From: Antedon mediterranea
Lineage: Eukaryota > Animalia > Echinodermata
Reading direction: 5' to 3'
Length of the DNA stretch: 64,000 bases
Assembly (NCBI RefSeq): GCF_964355755.1
Contig: NC_092680.1
Coordinates: 9,796,001-9,860,000, forward strand
Below, piece by piece: positions 12,501 through 24,500 of this stretch. Positions within the stretch are counted from its first letter, which is position 1. Every line of letters begins with the position of its first letter. The notes beneath the pieces were generated by a model. It ran no database searches and had not been told where the DNA came from. It worked only from the letters and a program-made list of their open reading frames with translations. Position numbers and translations under genes: made by a program.

Positions 12501-15500
12501 TAGACTTTGATTGAACTTATAATATTATTTTCATTACAGCATAATTTCGTTGTGAGTTGCAAATAAAACTGTAAATAAGGTAAACAAATGTTCTTGTCCT
12601 GTTAAGAACATATATTTGGTAAAAATAAAGATAAAACGATAACTTTATGTCAGATAAGAATGAACACATACATAAATAGATAGTGAATATTATGATATAA
12701 CAAAACCTATAAATATAAAATAAATTAATAAATGGCTATCCTATTTTATATAACACCTAAATAAATTCCTGTCATTTGATTGGACGATTGTGGGTCACAT
12801 GGCGTGCAATAGTACGCACTATTAAACGATCGTTTAATAGTACTTTTTAAAATATTTTGTGTACGAAAAAAAAAAAAAGTTTCGCGGATGAAAACAAACC
12901 TAGTATACAAAAATTACTGTTAAATACAACAGCGCCATCTGTCGTCAAGCCTCTGTTTGTAAACACCACCGCGAGATAATGCAACAGCAGTAGATTTTTG
13001 TGTACGATTTGGAGATATATATGTACTAATTTCATTCAAAAAGGCATTTAGATTAACTTAGATCCTTTTTAGGATTTTGATTAATTAAAAAACCATAATT
13101 AGCCAAGATAAGTTCCAATTGTCTGTCAAAGTTTTGCCTTTCAGCCAAACTAGTACTACTACTAGGTCTAGCCTAGCTAGGCCTGTTAGTATTAGGCTAG
13201 GCTACTTTTTATTTGATTCAAAAGACAGAAATCTATTTAGATGTTATATAAAACAAACAATGAATGTTTATGAAAAAGTGTAGTAATATTTAAATTTTGA
13301 AATATAAATGGGATTGTTGTAACTTATTTTGTATTTTTATTTTTAGGCCTGTGTTAATGAAATTATTGCCCATAGTTGTAAAATTTAGTTAAGTATAATT
13401 TATGTTAAAGGGGCTGGACTTGATTAGTGTTTACACTATTTTCTAGCTCCTTCCTTATGTTTTAAAATGTAATATTATTTATCATTGTAAAACAAAAAAT
13501 AATGAATGTTGAATGTTTTATATTGGCGTAATGGTACAAATAATGGCATTTGGTGAACGATGAAAGGTTATAGCAACTCGGCATCGCCTCGTTGATATAA
13601 CCTTTCATCATTCACTTCATGCCATTATTGGTACTATTGCACTTACAAACATTCATTATTTTATAATATTACATAGCCTATGTAAATACGTGAACGTGAT
13701 TGGTTTAAACTGCCGTTGCGAGGATCGCAAATCGTATATATCCTCGAGTACGATGATATTGACTGAGTAATTTTCGCGTAATTATCGTGTCCCTGTCATT
13801 AAACTAAAATACAGCAGATTCTCGAGTATGATGATACTGACTGTGTAATTTTCGTGTGGCAACACTCGTGTTTGGCGATAAATAAACTTATTGAGACTTG
13901 AACTAGCGATGATTTGTCCATCATCCCACTACAACGTTTTACCCGTTGTGCCATGCCAGAAGAAGAAATTAATCAATTAAACTATTTAAACTATGCATAC
14001 ATAGCACCCTCATTTGTTATTAGACCTCCCTAGATGTGATAAAAGACCGTTTGTAATTGGTTACCTGGTACGCACAACACGCTGAACATCCGGTGATTCG
14101 GCTCCTCGAAAAAGAATTATTATTTATTCGGCCTACCTGATAATATTATTATCATTAATGTAGGCTTATTGGTGGAAATTCTTCTGTTAATTTAAACGTC
14201 CTAGGCCTAAGTGAATATTTTATTGCCAAGGAATCAATAATTAGTAATTTTTCTGTATATTATTCTTTGCAAGGAAAGGTGAATGCAACGCCTAACTAGG
14301 TAGGCTTATTACATAAAGGAGGCCTAGCTACACCCAACTCAGCAGTAGATATTCAACTTGTTGGCTATGTAATATAACAGATATTGCCTTTTATATCGCT
14401 AAAATATCAGATTTGACAACCCTTTGGGAATGATATTATGTTCTCAAGAAATATATTTCCCCAAGCTAGCCCTTTGGGAATATATTCCCTTGAACAAAAT
14501 ATAATAATAGTACGAATTTGTAACGCGCCAATTCCAGCAGTAAGTGATGAGAGAGCTCAATCTGAAAGAAAGGCAGCAGAGGCAGCAGAATTGAAGGTGC
14601 CTAAGCCATACGTTTTAGTGTTGAAAGTCGGAATGGAAAAGAGATTTTTTTTAAGACGAGCGAAGGCGACGGGAAGGTATGTGAAGAGGAAGAAGGTCAG
14701 AGAGATATGAAGGGGATTTGAACGAGAGAGCTTTATACTTTATAGGTTAAGAAAAGTATTTTATAAAATTATGCGCTTTTCGACTGGTAGCCAATGAAGA
14801 CTACGGAGAGCAGGATTGACGTGATTGTATCTTTGTGAGCGTGCATACACGGGCGGCATTATTTTGGATGAGTTGCAGGCGTTTAATTGAGGAAGATTGA
14901 ACAATAAGGAGTTGCAGTAGTCGAGCCAAGATGAAATGAAGGCGCGAGTGAAAATTTTAGAGGAGGTAAGAGTAAGGTATTTTCGGATACGACCAATATT
15001 GCGAGGCCTAGGAAGATTTAAAGGCAATAGCTGTATCATAGTTGTAGGAAGAATACTTTTTCGATTACCTTACCAAATGGGCTTTATGCTATACATGTAT
15101 GTATTGTATCTGTATATAACTGTGAATAAACTAGTGCTTGAAGTTGTACGTCTTTCAATAATATTTTCTTCATATGAAATGTATGCTATGAGTATAACAT
15201 ACATAGTATAGATGTTTAACAACAATAATTCATTAAAACAGTGGGACAACCAAGAAAATGATAGTCAAGATAAAATATTATTGTTCATCAATTAATTTGA
15301 TAATTCAAATAATTAGTAAGTTTTTGACAGTGCATACATTGTGAAAATAACATCCTTAAAGGCGAGGTGCGGGCAAAAAATTTCTATTGATCATACATTC
15401 CAATAATTATCGATCTATAGTTTCCCCTATGTTTCATAATTTTTGGGATTTTTTTTGTGTTACACGAGCTTGTTGAAAATAAGCACTTTCTTATCTTTTG

Positions 15501-18500
15501 GGGGATAGTTCAAATTACACAGTAAAATTCTATTCTTTTGTACACAAATTTTGTAAATAGAGAGGCATTTTAAAAAGCTATGAAAAATAAGCGGTGTGGT
15601 AAAAAATTCTATCAGATGACTAAATATAGGTAATATAACTTGAATTTTACATTTTTGGTATTTTTTTTCAACTTCAGATTATAATTTCCATGCTATAGCA
15701 AAAATTATCCACCGTACGGTATATCCACCATCTTTTTTCACCTTCCAGGGAGTCACCAGACATGTTATTGTATTAGGTTAAACTACCTAACTACTGAAAA
15801 AAAGTCTCCCTGGTTTTTATGGCAGAATTTTGCCAAATTTTGTATTAGACCAAATTAAGGGAAATTCATGTTTTTTTGTCTTGATTTCTGTTACAACTAA
15901 TTGGTTTATGTACAATTAACCAGATATTATATTTAAAATTCATGCCTGTACCTAAGCTTTAAAATCATCTACTGTTCATTTAACTAAATAATGGTTTTAT
16001 CATTAAAATAGTCATCCTTTCCAACCATGGTCTACTTAGTACAACACCTACATATAATAATTAATATACAAATAATGAATGTTTATGAGTGTAATGGTAA
16101 AAATAATGGATAATAATAGATTCCTGTCATTTGAATCAAATAAAAGGTAGGCCTACATTTGATTCACATTGATTAAAACAGTAACATTTGGTTTTAATAA
16201 TTATATTAAATATTATTATTTATATGGATTTTATAAATGCACCTACTGTTTTAGTGTTAATTATGTCAACAAACGACCAAACAGTATAGTATAGTATAGT
16301 AGATTTTTATATATTTTTATATGGTATAGTTTATTCCATTCTGTAAGGGGCGGGTTTCCCGCTGTTGAATGAGTTTGAATAAAATAAAAAAAAATAAAAA
16401 TAAAGTATAGTATAGTATAGTATAGTATAGTATAGTATAGTATAGTATAGGCCTAGCAAGGCTAAAACGCCTAGGCCTAGCTTAATACTAAGGATTACGG
16501 TCGAAGCGGCCGCCAACCAAAGCGGCCGCTTAACGGTAATTTGTATGGAACGCTGTGTGCGCTTTGATTGTCTTTGTTTTGTAATCTTTGATTGTCATTG
16601 TTTCGACAGGTTTTCTTTTTCTCGGACGTAAATAACAATCTACATTATTATGTAATTTATTCTCTTTTTTTACAGGTTGAATGTGATACGTTCTTTTAAA
16701 CGAAATGGCGAATCGATGATTACTTACTTTAACTGTTCTAAATGAGATATATGTTTAATAAAGTCAATAAAATACACTTAAGAATAATGTATATATTTTT
16801 TCAATAAAGTATATCAAAATATATATATTTGTTATTGTATATTAATTAATTAGTAAAGTAACTACTGTAGTACGTGTTCGCAATCATAATTTAATTACAA
16901 TAACATGATGACATCAATTTATTTATTTAATATCCTAAATTGTTTTATACCTTCAGATATAAAAATATTGATCAATTTAAAATGAGTTTTAAATAATAAA
17001 ATAAGATGCAAGTGTCTGTACGGTACGGTAATTAATTATGCGAATTTCTAATAACTCCACTGGCGACCGGCCAGGAATAGTGCTGTAGAAGGTCGCATTT
17101 TCGTCTCACATTACTTTATTGAAAACACAAACAATGTATTACAATGGAATATAACACACCCTATTACTAATAATAAAAACCAAGATTTGAGAGTACAGTG
17201 TAAACGAAATATAAAGATTCGGCAATACCATACGTAAATTATTATTGCAATACTGTATAAAGATTCGACAGTATGTAAATGAGATATAAATATTCGGCAA
17301 TACCGTACGTAAATTATTAATGCAATACTGTATAAAGATTCGATAGTATGTAAATGAGATATTAATATTTGGCAATACCGTACGTAAATTGTTAATGCAA
17401 TACTGTATAAAGATTCGATAGTATGTAAATGAGATATTAATATTTGGCAATACCGTACGTAAATTATTAATGCAATACTGTATAAAGATTTGATAGTATG
17501 TAAATGAGATATTAATATTTGGCAATACCGTACGTAAATTGTTAATGCAATACTGTATAAAGATTTGATAGTATGTAAAAGAGATATAAGGATTCGGCAA
17601 TGCCGTACATAAATTATTAATGCAATACTGTATAAAGATTCAATAGCAGTAAATGAGATATAAATATTTGGCAATACCGTACGTAAATTATTAATGCAAT
17701 ACTGTATGAAGATTCGATAGTATGTAAATGAGATATTAAGATTCGGCAATACCGTACGTATAATATTATTATTGCAATACTGTATGAAGATTCGATAGTA
17801 TGTAGAATAAAAAAAAGTTTTTTTTTTCATACATCAAAAAAAAGTACTATAGTACTTACTATACTAATAGTACGATAATTTAATAGTGCGATAGTTAAAT
17901 AGTGCATTGCATTTCATGTGACCCACAATTGTCCAATCAAATGACAGGAATTTATTTAGTTGTTATAATACACAATATTTACCAGGCAATATGTCTTGGT
18001 CAACATGTAACAATAACTGCATGTAGCAGCATCCTGGGACATCAATATCTTCATCCTTATCATCTTCATTCTCCTCCTCATCATCACCATCTACCACAGG
18101 CCTATCTTTCTTAAGATTTGCAAGTTTCTGCCTTACATTCAAGGTAACCTAAAATGAAATCAATTATTTATTTAAAGTTTGAAATTGTATGGAAAATGCT
18201 GCGAAAATATTGTGAATAGGTGAATTGGGGATTGATGATTGGTGAATATGGTCACTGGATTCGAACACATGAGTCTTGGGTGGGTAGCAATAATGTTAAG
18301 CACCAAGTTACTGTACCACAATTATATTAAACTTTTAAATAACAAAATAAACATGCAAAAGTGTAAATATGATTGGTGAAAACAGTCACTGGATTCGAAC
18401 ACATGAGTTACAGTGCCACTATTATATTAAACTTTTAAACACATAAATGACATGAAAAAATAAAATTCAATATATGTATGTACAATGTAATATAAATTAA

Positions 18501-21500
18501 AAAACAAAACTGTGGTTGATTTGATGATTTAAATAATAATTTTTTTTTTATTAATATGGATTCCAGTACAGTACATTCTAACAGTAAGATATTGAAAAAT
18601 AATTATACAAAATATGTTTTAATGAAAACCTATAAAAGTGTTTGTATTTTTTTCATAGAAATTGCACGCAATAGAAAATTGATTGTAAATTCTCTTATGC
18701 ACTAAAATTTGTGCAATAAAATTTGAACACTTTTACCTCTTCGGGAAGGTCATAAAGAGTAAACTCTTCCTGGTCAAACTTGGATAATGCCTTAAATGCA
18801 GCGCCAGAAACGGCAGCCTTTTGATTGGATGATAATAACCATAGCAACTCAACAACATCACATCGAAATTCCTTAGAAGATAAACATTCTTCCTATTATT
18901 ACTTTTTTAATAAAAAAAGTGTCATATTAATTTGTAGAAGCAAGTACCTTTGTAAATACATAAAGGTGGTAAATACTAATAATATTATTAACACACCTGA
19001 GTGACACACACTCGTAAAACCATAAATAAACAGGTACAATAACACAATTAAAAATATATTTGAAATGCACAAATGGAAGGAACTGAGAATAGATTAAAAC
19101 GTTTCTTTTGCAATGTTTGCAGTGTCTACAAAAAAGCAATATTAGGTGCTCACTATGAATATACAAATACTGTACCTCATATTCCTCAGTATTGACCACA
19201 AGACTTGGAACAAGAGACAATAACTTGCAAAGGCTCACTTGAACCAGCATACTATGGATATGAATATATTAAGTTAAGTTAAGTATTTGGATTCCTACCT
19301 GTACAAGCATTTATGTAAAAAATGCAGAGTATTTCAATTATTTTTTTTTCAGTGGCACAATATACAATATCTTTAATAGGGTCAATTTAATTACCGAAAA
19401 AAACGGAAAATGACCGAAAACAAATTTGTATAATATTTTTTTTAATATCACCTTCTACTGATGGGTGTTTCTAAAGCTAAGACCATGCAGAGAGAAAACT
19501 GCGTGCGCAAAAGCTAAGGAAGACCCGACGAAATGGTAGTTTTTTTTACTGAATAGATTTTATTGTGAATCGTTATTGGGAGCGTGTTTTAAGTATACTT
19601 ATATATACATAGTCACTAATATTAATCTACAATTAAATTGATCATGATTAACGTATTCACAATTAATGTACATGCGTTGGTTTCTGGATCAAAAATCGGA
19701 AGATTAAAATCAAAATCTGTTTATAGTAAAATCTGTACCGAAAGTACGAACCAACTTTATATACCATCGAGTACAAATTCTAAAAGTAAGGCGCGATTTA
19801 CCGAATTTTGCCCTTACGTAAATTTATATATAGATAAGGCTGTCTAAAGTTGTCAATGTTCTCTATATAACAGATATATAATACCCCACTATGACTATTA
19901 AATAATCGTTCAAAGTTGGAGTTGCAAAAGGAGGTGGGGAGGCAGAGTTCATTTGAGGGAGATGCTTATTCGAGGGATTTTTTAGTTTTAATAATATCGT
20001 AACATTTTTAATCAAATAAAATCCTCTAATAGATATAAAAAGTGGTAAAAAATTAGAACAAATCTTGGTAAATTATAGTTAACAGTGTAATGAATTCTAT
20101 TATAAATAGTATATACAATATTGTGTGTATAAATGTGGATGGGCGTTTATTAGATAGTTGGGTGGGGGGGGGGGGTGTGTAGGCGATTATTATTCAAAGT
20201 GATGTTTTATTGGGGAGGCGTTTATTCAAATAAATACTATCATTATTTAATTTAAACATCTTTTGAAACTAACTTCCGCGACAGTGTAGGCCGTTTCGGC
20301 CCAAGAAGGAATTGTTTTAGACAGCTTGCAATATGGGCCCTAATGGGACACAGATAGCCTACAGTTATTCCTGCCAGCTTACTCAATAAAACTCGGCTAT
20401 CGGGATTTAATTTTTTAACTACTGTACCTTCACCCGCGCGGTCCGATCCGAAAATAAACAAAAAACTAAAATAGCTATAGCCACTAACGACAAACGTAAC
20501 TGAAACCAGGTAGTTGCAAGGTGAACCTGTGAACTCATCGTGAACCCGGAAATTACTTTGACTGCATACAATTGAAATTGAGTTGAAAATCTACCGATGA
20601 ATCAGAAATTTTGTTTTAAAACTCTTTATAATACTGTATATTCCTAAGATAGAAATATGGAACAATATCGTAATAGTGAAAACTGTTTTACATTTCGTGG
20701 TACACCTGAGATAGTTCAGGTAGGTATACAAGGCAGAAATTTGTTACAAAGTTTTTCCATTGTGCTCGCCTATGTCAGAATTAACCATAATTTATATATA
20801 GATTCTAATTTACAGATCTCATTTCTTTTCATGAAACTGAAACTTGATAGGAGACAGGACCACAATATAAAACAAGTGTGTAAAGTTCATAAGATACATA
20901 TAGATGAGGGCGCTAGATAATTATTTTAGATTAGCCCTCTAGCGATAACCTTCGACATGATCGGAGGATGATGGCAAAAAAAACCATGTGTTAAAGATGG
21001 TTTCGTAGTTCTATAGGGGAACTAAACATCCAAAGTGTAGTTTAAAGTATAGTTTCATAGGGAAACTAGATAGATACTTTAAGATAATATTGTTAATAGA
21101 TAAAGGAAGATTTCAAGTGTACTAGGAAGGTTCAGAAGTTTCGGTACGTTTTTTCTGATTGTAATATTGATCACTAGGCCTGTGTTAATTTCACTTTAAT
21201 TAACGACTAGCGGTTCATCATGGCGACGGCTTGTCGTCTCTCTGTTCTTCAATATTGAAATTGAGAATGATCTCATTATATAACTTGTTGATGGCGATGT
21301 CGACATATTATTGTTTGTTAAATCTTTATATTGTTAACGTTTATAGGCTGAGTAGCATAAGCTACCGTCAGCAATCATAATATTGTATTATAGTAGGCCT
21401 ATATAGTTGACGTTGGTCAATTTAGACTAGCCACCACTCGGTGCATGGAGCACACGCTGTTCAGCTAGTTACGGTTGCCATGACAACAGGGATCAGCTCG

Positions 21501-24500
21501 ATTCCTCAGTTTAGGCTAATTACGTTTGTTATTGTTTTTATCATTGTTTAGAAACCTCTCAATCCTCGACCATACTCAAATTAAAGAAAGAAAGAGAAAA
21601 GAATAAAGATACTTTGACAGATTTTACTGAGCATCGTGATTGTTGTTAATATCTGCCTGACTTATCCTGTACACCTGTTAACATTTCGAAACTTGACAAT
21701 GTCAAGCACACAGAGTTCGACTAGAAGTAGCCAATTAGAGATATCAGCAGCAGAAGCAAGAGCTGAATTGGCGGTTGCTAAGGCGAGAGCTCAATATAAT
21801 AAGAAGACCTTACAGAAAATATTAGAACTTGAACAAATAGAAGAAGAGGGTAAATTAGCCGTAGCAAAAGCCCGCTCAGATGCCTTGGACAAAGAGCTAG
21901 AACGATTGTCCATTACGGCTGAGGATACACCTCAGGTACCAAATACTGATGCGGTCGATAAGGTTAGTCAATACCTTGACTCATTAGACGAAAACAAAGC
22001 GGTACAGCCTGTCTTAGAACCAGTACCACCTACATTATCACCTAATGCAACATCATGGTTTCCAAGGGCAAACCCAACTACAGATCAGACCACAGTTACA
22101 CCTACCCTTTGCAAAAAAGCCGTATACGATCCGTATACGCTGAAAACGTATACGACGTATACGGATCGTATACGATTTCACTGTTTACATTATTTCCACT
22201 CTGTTGCTCCACAAAGAGTTGGCGTCGTATACGTTTAGCATACGTAACGTATACGTTGTTTATTCATGATAAGAATATCGTATACGGGACGTATACGAAT
22301 CATATACGAACAAACTAGGCCATTTTATAAATTATAATAGCAGTAATGAGTAGAATAGAGCTAAATAAAACATTTAAATTGTAATTACAACAAATACGTA
22401 CGTAGGCTCTGGCCTAGGGCTAGGCCTCTAACTAGCTAGCACCAGCCATTAGATAGGCCTAGTCTAGTAGTATTGATTATTAATAAGTAGTAGGAGCTAG
22501 AACATAAGATCATATTTATTTCTATATTTATTAGATAGCCTAGGCTACCGATAAAATTCAAACAACGTTTTTCGCAAGTAAATAAAGTACGCTAAACAGG
22601 TATACTACTAGGTAGGCCTAGAAAAAACAAGGGGCCATTTTCACAAATCGACGATGTTGTTTGCAGTTTTCCTTTATAAAATATGACAGAGGTCAGCAAG
22701 TGCAGCCGCCGCCGACGACCGAGCGTCGCTCGGTTGTCTACAGTTCCAAATCGTGGTCGACTCGGCTCCCTGGTGGCCAATCATGCATATCATCGGGTGA
22801 AACATCGGGTTCGTCGTTCTCAATTCGTCACGCCACGTGCGAGCTTTGGGTGGTCAAATTACATCGTTATGTTAAGCGATATTATTCCGCGACGTGTGTT
22901 TGTAGCAATGGAAATGGAGTAACAATAATTCGGCAATGCCGAAGAGGAAAACCATGACCCAAAACAGAAGTAAGGTCATTATAATAATTATTATTTAACG
23001 ATGAATACATTCGGATTTTGAATATATATAAATTGTATGAATTATGAATTATATATGAATAAAAAAAAAACACAATTAGTGGTGATAGTAAATACAATTA
23101 TATCGAATCTCAATTTATAGCGAACAGATTGAATTGCTTTCATTATTTCTGCTTGGTGATTAAGAAATCATAAAACATATCTTTCTTTATTTTCATGGTA
23201 TTCCAATAATTGTTTAAAAAATAACTACCCTCAACTTTAAATAACAAATTAAATAAGTCTACTAAACATTGTTGATTTCCCATGGACCCAACAATACCCC
23301 AACTATTTCATTAATAATTGTTTATTTGTAACAGTTTATTTGAAATCCTTGTCCTTTGTTAATTCAATTGTGTGACAATTAAATTAGATTGTACATGCTT
23401 ATGCTGTATATTATGTAAAAAGATGATTCATGGTATATATCAGATTCTTAAAAAAGATCAACACTTTGAATTCTTAAAATGTGTTCTATCTTTATTTGGA
23501 GTTAGACTCGTACTACATTCATTAAAATGATAAACAAATAGCCGGCAGGCGTGTGTACAGAGGGGGCTTATCAATGATGGAGGCATAAAAATGGGGGCGT
23601 AGGGTACCATTTTACCAGGGAGATGTAAAATAATTATTTAACAAACATTTAACTGGTTGGTTTTACTGCGTTCGCGTACAATTTATCATTTGGATTTTTT
23701 AAGTTATATGTAGGTTATGTTAAATTGTATTTATCAGTGACAACTCTAGGAAATTTACAGCAATTAGTTCTGTATGCCTAAAATAGTAAAATGCTCTAAA
23801 TAAAAACGTCGGAGCTTCTTTTTTGTATTTCTGGCTGTTGAATGTTTTGTTGGCACCCCCTAACTCTGCAACGATGATATCCATAATGCATCGTATTTCC
23901 ATTTCACCGTTCTTGATATACTACTAGCTAGAGTAGGTTATTAAAATAATACAATATAACCAAATCTAATATATGGGGGAAAGCTAGCTAGCTTATTTTC
24001 ACAATGAGTGTACCACAGACTCTTTTCCTTGGCGTATTTTCCCCAGGCCTAGTTAACTCTTAGTTTACTAGAGCTGCTGCAGTAGCTATAGTATACTGCA
24101 TATTCGATATATACAATTACAATATGCCTATAGCCTAGCTAGCTAGAAGTCATCGAATTTACTATCTACCTGGGCCTACTGTAACTAGGCCTACATCCCA
24201 TTTTTTATTTTTTTTTATGGTGAGTCAAAACCCGTAGCCAAAAAATCAACAATGATGATTGAAAATGAATGAAATCTGATCCATCCATGTGATGCATGTA
24301 TGCAGCGCACATAACACAGGCACGTTTTGGGCGAATTTATTTGGATCATTCCATATATATAATAGGGAGCCACATGTATTCTACATTTTTATTAAATCGT
24401 AATTTATGGATTTTACTTACTCGTTTTAAATTTAATATACTGCGGGCCCAATTTAATATTTACTTATTTATTTCCAAGTACATTAATATTATTTAAAGTA

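Larger units (their letters stand above)
16060..17967 (-). mobile_element. Non-autonomous Crypton-like repeat, copy B (inverted relative to copy A)
   Basis: 16060-16110 is the reverse complement of 13623-13668, and 17906-17967 is the reverse complement of 12748-12810. Confidence 0.45.

Noticed and set aside
14438-14710. 90-aa basic ORF
   Set aside because: It is an antisense reading of the L2 fragment and the adjacent repeat.
17205-17803. CRISPR-like array
   Set aside because: These are contiguous tandem units without unique spacers, in a eukaryotic context with no cas genes.
17111-17830. 239-aa and 153-aa repetitive ORFs
   Set aside because: They are translations of the 75-bp minisatellite; the unit length is divisible by 3.
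18237-18440. tRNA gene (GTTCGAATCC on the - strand, duplicated)
   Set aside because: No cloverleaf is recognisable; at most a SINE remnant in a local ~134-bp duplication.
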